A stretch of DNA of 64,000 bases from Candidatus Poribacteria bacterium. Lineage in GTDB: Bacteria; Poribacteria; WGA-4E; PCPOR2b. The translations under genes were made by a program, and so were the position numbers. The stretch is from contig OZ242326.1 of the NCBI GenBank assembly GCA_965208325.1, forward strand, positions 3,456,001-3,520,000. The letters run 5' to 3'. This document shows, piece by piece, positions 8,878 to 18,892 of this stretch (position 1 is its first letter; each line of letters opens with the position of its first letter). A model generated the notes under the pieces. That model was not told the DNA's origin. It saw nothing but the letters and a program-made list of their open reading frames with translations, and made no database searches.

Positions 8878-9630
8878 ACTAGATTTAGGAGATACAATCT
8901 ATTTTAAATGCTTGTCCTACTCACAAATTACCTCCCAAACGCCATCAATTCAAGAAGTTAGCAAGCTACTCTCCTCGTATAATTTTCTACAAGTGCCCAT
9001 AACCTTAATGAGAATAGGGTTGGCTTTCTCTCGAAGTGAGGATGTCGAGCAACGACACCAGACGGAATGTGCCCTGAGAGATGCATTTTATTCACCTTGT
9101 TACACACTTGAGATTGAATCACACGGGCTGAATCTAGATTTCATTGGCTCTAAAGCGCTGATGACTTAAATTCTAGGTTGAAAATACAATTTTTACTTGA
9201 CATTTTACCTTTCGGTTCGGACGCAATCATTTATACCTTACGATCAAATCTACAAGGAAGGTAATATAGTCCAAGAATGAAAATCACAAAAATCCTGAAG
9301 TACCAGTCAACATTCAAAAGGAAGACCAGATTGTGATATAATTTCAGCCGATTTACTTGACAATCGTTTAGCAAACAGATATACTGATTTGACAAAGGGT
9401 CAATGTGATTGGCACCCCCGCCCAATACCTCATCGCGTTCATAAAAGGCGATCGCCAAATGGACGAATCAATTTCAGTAAAAGCACTTTGGGTTTGATTT
9501 AATGGTGTCCATAATACTCAAAAGGGCAGATTCAAAGAAACTCCGCCAGGAGGAAACCCAGAATAAGATTTAGCGGTCGGGAATGCCCAAGATATAGTAA
9601 ATGCACTCAATAATCTGAATACACAACTTG

Positions 9631-10290
9631 TTACCGGAAAACGCCCTCCACAAAGACCCTAGACGAATCTTGAGCACTTCGATGATTGTGGCGGTAACAT
9701 GCCTCCGTAATATATAGGAGCATGTATTTTCCGTTGTACCGATGGTAGACGCCGTATGACACGCGTTTGACGATTGCCCAAAACGACGCAATAATTTGTG
9801 TATGGGTATCACCATCGGTACAAGTTTCAATTTGTTTTATAACCGCGTGGTGATATGAATCATCTAGCTAAATATACCCCTTGTATTCGTCCGTAATTAT
9901 TTTGGGCTTGCCCAATTTGGCACAACTCAATTCAAATTGCTCAATTTCGTAAATTGTAACTCTTGAAAGGATTTTAGTAACAACTTTTCCACCGCCTTCT
10001 ATCGCTCCGATTGCAGGGATTTTGTTCGTGCCTCGACTACGTTTCCCTTTAGGCTGACCATGCATTCGTGGTTTTCCACCGACATTTGTCTCATTGAACT
10101 CGACCATACCCTCAAGCAAGTGATTCTCTTTCTCTGCCATTTCTTGCCTGATACGGATCAGCATATACTAAATTGCCTTCTGTCCAATCTCAAAATCACG
10201 TGCAAGTTAATAGCTAAAAATTCCCTTCTTAGTGTTCATCATTATACAGATTTCCCAAAAACCATGCGAGATGCTTTGTTTGGAATGCTT
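9631..10290 (-). pseudogene. IS1595-family transposase remnant
   Basis: Fragments KKGIFSY*LARDFEIGQKAI*YMLIRIR, VEFNETNVGGKPR...RGTNK, ITDEYKGY, HTQIIASFWAIVKR...GVYH...EACYRHN, with stops and frameshifts. Confidence 0.85.
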
Positions 10291-10483
10291 CTCTAGTCTC
10301 GTATATGCCCATTACGACCTCCTTTTAAGGTTGGCGCACTTGCACGGATGGGTGTAAAATTCAGAACTCAAAAGTAGTTGTAAGGTTTAGCCATCAAAGA
10401 ATTTAACCCTTATTATTTGATATCCTAAATGTGAACCAGCCCATATGTGATAGGTATCAATTAGATCCGTTCAGGAGACAAAA

Positions 10484-10834
10484 ATGGAAGTGGATAAGGA
10501 TATCGTCATTGGCATAACAATTGAGTCGTGGCGGTTTAGACAGGTCTTTGCACGTTTGCTCACCAAGTTTGAAATCGAAGAGCAGCATCGATACAGAAAC
10601 CAGTTGCGGTGGTTTGAAAAAAAATTGGAGGAGTTTCTTACGCAAATCGGTTGGCAGGTTGTTGATGTCGAGGGACAACCGTTCGATCCGGGCATGGCTG
10701 CTACACCGCTAAACATTGAGGATTTTGACTCCGAAGATTCCTTGATGGTTGATCAGGTGCTTGAGCCAATCATCATGGGGAAAGACGGATTGGTTAAAAC
10801 AGGCACAGTTACTCTAAAGCGGGAGGAAACATGA
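10484..10834 (+). CDS. GrpE-like protein
   Basis: EGQPFDPG...VDQVLEPIIM...VKTGTV resembles the GrpE beta-domain; RBS AGGAG; ATGA overlap with the Hsp70 gene. Confidence 0.7.
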   Translation: MEVDKDIVIGITIESWRFRQVFARLLTKFEIEEQHRYRNQLRWFEKKLEEFLTQIGWQVVDVEGQPFDPGMAATPLNIEDFDSEDSLMVDQVLEPIIMGKDGLVKTGTVTLKREET

Positions 10835-13377
10835 AGAATTTTATCGGTATTGACCTTGGAACAACAAACAGCGCCATCTGCTCCTACGATGGCTCAGAGA
10901 CTCGAATCTGGAAGAGTCCCGAGACAAACGACGTAACACCTTCTGCAGTCTATATCGACCGCCGTGGAAATAAGTATTTCGGCCAAAGGGCTTACAATTC
11001 TGCGCCTAGGAGCCCAGATAACGCCGCAACGCTGTTCAAACGCCTCATGGGTACGAGCACGCCCGTTAAACTTTCCGCAGCCGGCGTTACCCTAACCCCT
11101 GAGGAGTGCTCTGCAGAAATATTAAAGGTGCTGTTTGGTTATCTGCCAGAAGAAATCCGGAATGACTCCGATACAGGCACTGTCATCACGGTACCTGCGG
11201 CATTTAATCAGATGCAGAAAGATGCCACTATGCAGGCTGCAAATATGGCTGGCATAGGCAAAGTTGCGCTCATGCAAGAACCGGTTGCCGCCGTGATGAG
11301 CGTCATGCGAACGCGAAAAACCGATGGTATGTTCCTCATTTATGACATTGGAGGAGGTACGACCGACATAGCTATCGCTGAAAGTATCGGCGGGAGAGTG
11401 AACCTTCTCGCCCACGGCGGAATTCAAATGTGTGGAGGACGCGACTTCGATCGCGCGCTTGTTGACAACGTTGTTCGTCCTTGGTTGCTTGAGACCTGTG
11501 AATTACCTGAAGACTTCACCATAAACCCGACCTTCAAATCGCTCATCCGCCTAGCCACTTGGGCAACCGAGCGCGCCAAGATTGAACTCTCGTCAAGCGA
11601 GGAGACGGCGATCAGACTCGATGAAATGGAGGCGCGGACACAGGATCTCAACGGAGATGAGATTTTCATAGACATCGCATTGCAGCGAGATAGTTACACT
11701 CCCTTAATAACCGAGCGTGTCAGTGAAACCATTGATGCTGCGCGTGAAACCCTTTCGCAAGCCGGGCTCACGCCACACGATTTGGAGTGCATCGTGTGGG
11801 TCGGCGGCCCAACAAATTACAAACCCTTGCGAGACAAGGTCGCTTTTGAACTTGGCATTCCTGGCAATCTAGCTTTGAACCCCATGACAGCCGTGGCTGA
11901 AGGGGCGAGTCTGTTTGCTGAGTCCATAGACTGGAGTTCCCAAAGCCGCTCGCGGAAGGATATCCGCGGACAGATTTCCTCGCAAGGTGAGTTCGATTTG
12001 ACGTTCAGGTATATCGCCCGTACACCGGCAGACAACGCCCAGATTGGTATTCAACTCGCCGGGCAAGCAGCCCCCGGTTCTGAATTTCAGATCGACAGTG
12101 TTGATACTGGTTGGACTTCCGGCCGCTTGCGACTCGTACATGGCGTAACTATAGACGTAGCTTTAACAAAGGACGGGGCGAACACATTCACGGTGTCGGC
12201 ATTCGATGCAGTGGGCGAACCCATAGAACTTGAGCAGAATGAGATTGTTATCGCCAAAACTGCTGCTACCGTTGACGCGATTCCGGCATCGCATTCAATG
12301 GCACTAGAGGTCCTGGAGAAACTTGGTGGTCGGTCGCGACTCGAATTTCTGATAAAAAAGGGGGACCCGCTACCTAAAAAGGGCAGATTGGTGGTTAAAG
12401 CGGGTGAATCGCTTAAGGTAGACTCATCTGGCTCACTCAATTTTAGGCTGTGGGAGGGTGACATTCAAGATCCCATTAACGACAACCGCCTAATTGGTGC
12501 TGTAAAAATAACCGGAAAAGATTTCGATTACGGTGTGATTCCTACTGGTGCCGACCTTGTCTGTGATTATGAGATTTTTGACGCAGGGAATTTGCGGATT
12601 GAGGTCTCCGTTCCAAGTATCGGAGCCACTTTCAACTCGGAGAAGAATTTCTATTCAAGCGTGGACGGGAGAATTGACAATTCGTCGGTTTCTGCTCGGA
12701 CATCCGTTGCCGATGAGGTAGCGGACACCATGAACCGTATTGATGAAATCAAGGAATCCGTAGATGACACTAGGCTGGAGCAAGCTAGACAAAAACTTGT
12801 ATCCGCTGCTACGCTCAATCCCGATGACACGGACGCTGAGAATGTGCAAGAAGCCGACGAAAGAGTTCGGGCTGCAAAGGGCCTTCTGGCCCAAGTTAGA
12901 GAAGCGAACCTCAAGGAATTCCGTCAAGCTGAACTTGCCAGGGTGATTGGCTCATTTGAGCATGTCCGCCGATTTGCCCGCGCATCAGAGTCGGAAGCAT
13001 TTGACAAACTAACGGCAACTGCGCAGCGCGCTATTGACAGCAATGACAGCAACTTTGAGGGGTATTTGGATGAGCTTAAGGGAAAGAACTTTGACCTCTG
13101 GTGGCGCCAACCATGGTTTATTATTGAACAGTTCAAGCGATTTGCGAGTTCGCCTGAGCGATTTGCCGACAAGGGGCGTTTTGAGGAACTTGTCGCTGTT
13201 GGAACGCAATTCCTGCCGAAAGACATCAGCCCTGACGGGAAGGGTACTGGGTTTATAGATCCTGAAGACATTAAGAGACTGCGTCCTGTTGTCGCCGAAA
13301 TGTACCAGCTTCAATATGAAGGAGGCCGAGGCACGAAGGGCATTGAGGATTGGGCGGTAAACATCATCAGGGGTTGA
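10831..13377 (+). CDS. Atypical Hsp70/DnaK-family protein (848 aa)
   Basis: GIDLGTTNS, TVPAAF, EPVAA, YDIGGGTTD, GGRDFD; divergent and extended C-terminal half. Confidence 0.93.
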   Translation: MKNFIGIDLGTTNSAICSYDGSETRIWKSPETNDVTPSAVYIDRRGNKYFGQRAYNSAPRSPDNAATLFKRLMGTSTPVKLSAAGVTLTPEECSAEILKVLFGYLPEEIRNDSDTGTVITVPAAFNQMQKDATMQAANMAGIGKVALMQEPVAAVMSVMRTRKTDGMFLIYDIGGGTTDIAIAESIGGRVNLLAHGGIQMCGGRDFDRALVDNVVRPWLLETCELPEDFTINPTFKSLIRLATWATERAKIELSSSEETAIRLDEMEARTQDLNGDEIFIDIALQRDSYTPLITERVSETIDAARETLSQAGLTPHDLECIVWVGGPTNYKPLRDKVAFELGIPGNLALNPMTAVAEGASLFAESIDWSSQSRSRKDIRGQISSQGEFDLTFRYIARTPADNAQIGIQLAGQAAPGSEFQIDSVDTGWTSGRLRLVHGVTIDVALTKDGANTFTVSAFDAVGEPIELEQNEIVIAKTAATVDAIPASHSMALEVLEKLGGRSRLEFLIKKGDPLPKKGRLVVKAGESLKVDSSGSLNFRLWEGDIQDPINDNRLIGAVKITGKDFDYGVIPTGADLVCDYEIFDAGNLRIEVSVPSIGATFNSEKNFYSSVDGRIDNSSVSARTSVADEVADTMNRIDEIKESVDDTRLEQARQKLVSAATLNPDDTDAENVQEADERVRAAKGLLAQVREANLKEFRQAELARVIGSFEHVRRFARASESEAFDKLTATAQRAIDSNDSNFEGYLDELKGKNFDLWWRQPWFIIEQFKRFASSPERFADKGRFEELVAVGTQFLPKDISPDGKGTGFIDPEDIKRLRPVVAEMYQLQYEGGRGTKGIEDWAVNIIRG

Positions 13378-13482
13378 ATAGTAAGATTGCATTACATTTG
13401 TACGCATCGTTCCGCATTATCTTTAACCGTGTAATGAGTACGGCTGAATAGTATTAGCGAGAAGTTTCGAAACATTGCATTC

Positions 13483-15384
13483 GTGAATCATTCACAACTG
13501 GATAAGTGCATGGATTTCTTTCAAAACCCATTTTACGTTCTTGGTGCTACGCCGCAAGACAATCGTAGAAGGATTATGGAACTAGCAGATTCGCGTAGTC
13601 TGGTTCACGATCCGGACGAGTGTAGAAAAGCGGCTGCTACTCTGACACATCCCCGACGGCGGCTCTCCGCCGAAATGGCGTGGATGCTAGGTGTCCTCCC
13701 AAAGCATGTTAATTCAGTGTTGTGGTATCTGGAATCGTCGGTACGAAATTTAATCGGAATGGACAAACTGGCGCAATTCAGAAACAGTCTAGGCATAAGC
13801 AAAATGATGCCCGTCGCTAGCGCTAACTTGCTAGCTGCCGGGATTTCTCGCCTACCTGATTATCCATCGGTTGTTGTTGTGAGTTGGATTGTTGAAATTG
13901 CAGCGACATCCGAGGAAATCAGCTTAGAACAAGTTCGCGCGGTCATCAACGTGGAACGAAAAGTGTCCGGCTTCCCAACAGTGGCCATGTCCAATGTAGA
14001 GGCGGAATTTCAAAATCTGCGGGAGTATTATCGACAGGTGATGACATCTGCATTGAATCATCTATCTCCCAAAGAATGCGCCGAAGTAATAACGGAAGTA
14101 GTAGAATCGGTTACTGATGACGAGACGCCTTTGCCGCGTTTGATTGATCACTTGGTTGACTGGTATGAATTAGAAGCGCAGGAACCTCTTGAGGAGCACG
14201 AAAGGAAGCTTGAAGAATTAGACGAGAAACTTCGATTTGAGGCTGATGAAGAACGTCCGGATTCAGCTTTGGCTCCAGTGGTGGACCAGTTAATTCAGAC
14301 TGTTAAAATCTGGGATGTCATTGCGCAGCCAATTCAGGTAAGCAAAAAGAGTCAAGGGTTACCCCACGATGCAAGCAGCCGCGTAGCAAGACGCGTGCGA
14401 GAATTGGCAGTCCACCTATTCAACCAATATGACAGGCTCAATTTCGCTCAAAAACTGACAAATATGCTCCGAGAAGTATTTGCTGAGGTTGGTGAAGTTG
14501 CTGAATTACTTGAGGAAGACGCAAGAACTCTAGCCAATGTCGCCAACAACCGTGCACGCCTAAATGAAGGTTTGGAAAAATACGAAAAGATTAAGGATTT
14601 GGTCGAAAAACTGCGAGCCGAGGCTGATGCGGAACGTCCTGATTCCATTTTGAGTCCGATGGTAAACCAACTCAGACATTATGTCAAAAAATGGGACGTC
14701 TCCGCACAACCCAATGAGGCAAACATTGCTGTAGCGAATCTTGTGCGGGGAATGGCACTTCACTTGTGGAACGAACACCAAAAGCTTGACTTCTCGCTCC
14801 AATTGACAAATACCCTCAAAGAAGCATTTGCAATTGTTAGCGAAGTTGCTGAGCATCTTGTAGAAGACGCAAGGACCCTGCGCGAAATCGCCGATGATCG
14901 TGCGCGCCAAAATGAAGCCGTCAAACAATTCGAAAAGATCAAAGCGCAGGTTGAGAAACTACAGGCCGAGGCTAATGCTAAAAGATCTGATTACTTCATG
15001 AAATCAATGGTAAACGAACTCATTCGGTCCGTAAAAGAATGGGACACCTCGGCAAAACCCAACGAGGCAAACATTGCTGTAGCGAATCTTGTGCGGGGAC
15101 TAGCACTTCACTTATGGAACGAACACCAAAAGCTTGATTTCTCGCTTCAACTGACAAATGCTCTCCAGGAGGTATTTGCGGGAATTACGGATATTGCCGA
15201 TCGCATTGCTGAAGATAAAAGGGCACTAAATAAACTCACTCAACAGCGCGCACGCATGATTGAAACTTCAGTAACGGAGAACAGCGCTCCAGGTTTTCTC
15301 CAAGGATGCTTATGGCAAATAGGCACGTACTTGGGTATCATTTTTATTCTTGGGATAGTGGTAGCGCTGTTCCAAAACTGTTAA
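13483..15384 (+). CDS. Helical repeat protein with degenerate J-domain-like N-terminus and C-terminal TM
   Basis: NPFYVLG...HDPD...LTHPRRRL, three ~116-aa repeats, C-terminal hydrophobic helix. Start may be ATG at 13510. Confidence 0.75.
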   Translation: MNHSQLDKCMDFFQNPFYVLGATPQDNRRRIMELADSRSLVHDPDECRKAAATLTHPRRRLSAEMAWMLGVLPKHVNSVLWYLESSVRNLIGMDKLAQFRNSLGISKMMPVASANLLAAGISRLPDYPSVVVVSWIVEIAATSEEISLEQVRAVINVERKVSGFPTVAMSNVEAEFQNLREYYRQVMTSALNHLSPKECAEVITEVVESVTDDETPLPRLIDHLVDWYELEAQEPLEEHERKLEELDEKLRFEADEERPDSALAPVVDQLIQTVKIWDVIAQPIQVSKKSQGLPHDASSRVARRVRELAVHLFNQYDRLNFAQKLTNMLREVFAEVGEVAELLEEDARTLANVANNRARLNEGLEKYEKIKDLVEKLRAEADAERPDSILSPMVNQLRHYVKKWDVSAQPNEANIAVANLVRGMALHLWNEHQKLDFSLQLTNTLKEAFAIVSEVAEHLVEDARTLREIADDRARQNEAVKQFEKIKAQVEKLQAEANAKRSDYFMKSMVNELIRSVKEWDTSAKPNEANIAVANLVRGLALHLWNEHQKLDFSLQLTNALQEVFAGITDIADRIAEDKRALNKLTQQRARMIETSVTENSAPGFLQGCLWQIGTYLGIIFILGIVVALFQNC

Positions 15385-15481
15385 CCACGAGTTTTTTCGG
15401 GTTGAATTGGTTTAGCGCGGAGTTTCACCGCCACAAGGAATCTGGCAAATCTATTTGTTACAGCGTTGTTTCGCAGTGCTT

Positions 15482-15697
15482 GTAGGTTGGGTTGAACTGA
15501 AGGCGAAACCCAACAATCAACTGAGCGGGCAGCGAAGGCGATAGTTTTCACGACACCAAAACTATCGCGCTTCCCATTGGGCAGCTTGAACGTTGGGGCA
15601 CTACGCAACACCCAACAAGTTTCGAACGCATTCGACCGAATGAAACCCATACGTGAATATCCCCATATTTTACCATCTGCGCTCAATCCAACCTACC
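15482..15697. repeat. REPIN-like element (GTAGGTTGGGTTGA ... TCAATCCAACCTAC)
   Basis: Same end family as 6597-6860. Confidence 0.75.
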
Positions 15698-15892
15698 GAA
15701 TCATTCGCAATTCAGTTTGTAGTAGCGCAATTTATTGCGCGTCCGGCAGGTCGTCCTCTTCCTTGATCTGAAATATTGTTTTATGTAGAAACGGGCAATA
15801 AAGAGGGAACTCTATCGCCTTCGCTATTCGCTCAGTTGATCCCTACTACATACCTTTGGGCGTACAACGGCGTAACTCCTATTTTAGAAGAG

Positions 15893-16049
15893 TTTGAATT
15901 TTTCATAGTTTTTCATAGTAAAGTATCGTGCCGCGTCCGATGAAAACCGCCTGAAGATCCGTCCACGACTGGATTTCCGCCTGTTTTCTCTCCAAATCCG
16001 AACTACATCAGAACTACGCAAAACTATGAAAACTATGAAATTTTTCAAA
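15893..16049. repeat. ~157-bp element with doubled TTCATAGT inverted ends, copy 1
   Basis: TTTCATAGTTTTTCATAGT ... ACTATGAAAACTATGAAA; second copy 581 bp downstream. Confidence 0.85.
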
Positions 16050-16473
16050 ATCTGTAGAACTTTCGCAGTTCAGTCAATTCGGCAATCGCTGTAATCATTG
16101 GGCGATCCGCCGGAGACTGAACTTATATACCTGTCGCCCCGCTGGGGCTTGGGAGTGTAGAGATGCCGCGATGCTATACACATGCCGCCCCGCTGGGGCT
16201 ACAGGGCAACGTTTAAGCAATTTGTATCAATCGCTGTTCTCATTGACCTCCGGTATTGCAATCGGAATATTGCCCTACTATAAATTAAGCAAAAACTCCG
16301 GTAATCTTAACTCAAGCGACCACGCACATAGCCCCAGCGGGGATCTTCGATCATCAAATCGAAGATAGTTTTTCCAGTAAAATAGAAACACCAATTCACC
16401 ATACATCGAAAGCCCCAGCGGGGCGACAGGTGTGTATGTCTAATGTCAACAGAACCTAGTAAAGCTAGCAAAG

Positions 16474-16630
16474 TTTGAATTTTTCATAGTATTTCATAGT
16501 GTGGTATCGCGCCGCGTCCGATGAAAACCGCCTGAAGATCCGTCCACGACTGGATTGCCGCCCGTTTTCGCTCCAAATCGGAACTACATCAGAACGGCGC
16601 CAAACTATGAAAACTATGAAATTTTTGAAT
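16474..16630. repeat. ~157-bp element, copy 2
   Basis: Direct repeat of 15893-16049 with scattered substitutions. Confidence 0.85.
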
Positions 16631-17232
16631 ATCCGTTAAGTTGCAATATCCCTATTGTTAAAATTTACCGATGCAACCTGCGCCTACGCAACCCTTTTTT
16701 CAAATGACTTTAGGGACGGTTTCACCAATCCACCGAAATCTGGTTAGCGACCGAACAAGGAACGCTATAGTTTTCGTGTCGGTGAAGACTATCGCCTTCG
16801 CTATTCACTCAGTTGATCGGTGGGTTTCGCTTTACGATGATTTCTCTTAAACCATTTCACCTTTGAATCATCTCTGGCTATAAGGCAGCCCCTGCTGTAC
16901 ATGCTCTACCCAATCTACAAGAACTGAGATAAACTGTTCGATCAAGCGAACGAATAGCGACTGCGATAGTCTTTCAGTGTAGCACAGAAATCTCAGGCGG
17001 TAGTTTTTTCCGCCAGCCGCCGTTCCACCTACCGCGAATTTCCCTCTTTTTTTATAGACTGTAAAAACTGTAATTTTTCTCCTCCAACATCATAATTCAC
17101 CGCATCAAGTGGGGAGAATGTAGTTCGACGCCTGCATCATGTACCTCGACAGGTTTTACATTCTTGTGTTACAATTACGAGATACTTATGTGTCTTTCGA
17201 CATTTCACTTTATAAAACGGGAGGATTTGAGC

Positions 17233-17811
17233 ATGAAAGAGCGTTTCATAGTCTTGGGAAGAATAGTCTCAATGCTATCGCTGCTGGTTGGGGTTTCGGT
17301 TGTTTTGGTGAGTTGCGATGGGAAACAGAAGAAAGAGACCGCTTCGACGCCGCCGAAACAGGCGACGGCAACGATCAGTTCGGCGAGCGGCAGTGAGGTG
17401 ACCGGTACTGCGGTTTTTAACCAGAGCGGTGATTCAATCACCCTCACCGTTGAGATTCAGAACGCGGCGCCGGGGCTCCACGCCGTTCATATCCACGAGG
17501 TCGGGGATTGCAGCTCGCCCGACGGGAAGTCGGCAGGCGGGCATTGGAATCCCACGGAAGTCGCGCACGGAGAATGGGGAGTCGGAGAATTTCACCTCGG
17601 CGACATCGGCAACATGACGGTCGGCGAAGACGGCACCGGCAAAATCGAATTGACGACAGACAAGTGGGAGATGGGCACCGGATCCATCCGAGATATTGTC
17701 GGAAAGGGAATCATCGTCCATGCGGACGCCGACGACTTTACGTCGCAACCGTCAGGGGCAGCGGGTGCGCGAATCGGTTGCGGGGCGATTGCGTTGGCAG
17801 CGTCGCAGTGA
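17233..17811 (+). CDS. sodC: Cu/Zn superoxide dismutase, lipoprotein
   Basis: LVSC lipobox; HAVHIHE, SAGGHWNP, HLGDIGN, IIVH, GARIGCG. Confidence 0.95.
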   Translation: MKERFIVLGRIVSMLSLLVGVSVVLVSCDGKQKKETASTPPKQATATISSASGSEVTGTAVFNQSGDSITLTVEIQNAAPGLHAVHIHEVGDCSSPDGKSAGGHWNPTEVAHGEWGVGEFHLGDIGNMTVGEDGTGKIELTTDKWEMGTGSIRDIVGKGIIVHADADDFTSQPSGAAGARIGCGAIALAASQ

Positions 17812-17866
17812 TGTGCGAGTCATGTGAAGGCGGGGGCGTTCCGATATTGCTGGGTGAACGGACAGG

Positions 17867-18349
17867 TCAATTAGAGTTCTGCCAGCCCCATACCTCGCTT
17901 CCGATTTGAGAAATCAGGTCGGTGAGTTCCGTGTCACCCGATTTTTTGGCGAGTTCCATCGCAGCTTCGTAATCATCAAGGGAGGCGAGGTTATGGTGCG
18001 CATCACCTGTGCGTACGCTCCACTCGAACTTGGTTATCCCGCGATGGAGGTAGGCTAAAGCGTCATTTGGCTCAAGTTGAATAGCGGTGTCGTAGTCTAA
18101 TATAGCGGCGTCGTACTGTTTTAACGCCGCTTTCACGATGCCTCGGCTGACATAGGCATCCGAATTGTCGGGCTCTAGAAGGATGATGGTGTCGTACTCT
18201 TGCAACTTCGCCTTTGCATCACTCTCTTCTGGGGAGTCAGCTTGGCGTTCCACCTCGGCTTGGTAGATTCTTACACTTGCGGCAACGAGTCCGCAGACCA
18301 AGAAAACCACCGCAACACTCATCATCCACGATTTTATTTTATGCTTCAT
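17867..18349 (-). CDS. TPR repeat protein with N-terminal membrane anchor
   Basis: AYVSRGIVK...YDAAILDYDTAIQLEPNDALAYLHRG; RBS GGAG. Confidence 0.85.
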   Translation of the reverse strand: MKHKIKSWMMSVAVVFLVCGLVAASVRIYQAEVERQADSPEESDAKAKLQEYDTIILLEPDNSDAYVSRGIVKAALKQYDAAILDYDTAIQLEPNDALAYLHRGITKFEWSVRTGDAHHNLASLDDYEAAMELAKKSGDTELTDLISQIGSEVWGWQNSN

Positions 18350-18892
18350 CTGTTCTCCTATTTTGAAAAAACCAAAATCCGTCGTCATCGGTCAACGCTA
18401 AGTCGGTAATTCTAACACAAAACGAGAGAAATTGAAAGAAAAATTTAATCCGGTATCAAAGACAATGCTGGTGCTGCTATTCAATCTTCAGTCCCCGCCT
18501 TACCTAAGGAAGGCGTCGGTTGGGTTAAATAATACGAATTAATTACAGAGAGGGTTACATTTCGATTTCGTAGGGTGTCGCGATTCAGAGACCGCTCCGA
18601 CGCGGCGTTGTAGACGATAGTCTTTAAGTCTTTACTTCCAGATTCAATCATAATACAGGTTCTACCATTCAATCATCATTCCCCTCCTTACTAAGGAGGG
18701 ATCAAGCGACTGGATAGGGAGCGCGATAGTTTTCCTAAATTTCAACCGACCGAATTGCGACGGCGATAGTCTTTCATTCCCCTCCTTGCCAAGGAGGAGG
18801 GAGGTCGTAGTATTTGTCGTGATTCGGAGATTACTCCTACCCAGCGTTCTAGCTGAAGAGAACTGCCAATAATCACCTCCAACAGAATAACC

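Noticed and set aside
6979..8880. Integron cassette array
   Set aside because: No integrase and no clear RYYYAAC...GTTRRRY attC sites were seen; the delimiters are REP-like.
8864..9600. ORFs in the AT-rich tract (8864-9169, 9231-9458)
   Set aside because: No recognisable motifs; probably decayed foreign DNA.
10831..13377. Housekeeping dnaK
   Set aside because: It lacks the canonical substrate-binding domain sequence and the hrcA/dnaJ context, so no gene symbol was given.
15381..16368. Short ORFs 15381-15686, 15577-15771 and 16171-16368
   Set aside because: They lie in palindromic repeat clusters and translate to typical repeat-derived peptides (CWVSPSVQPNL, CRPAGA).
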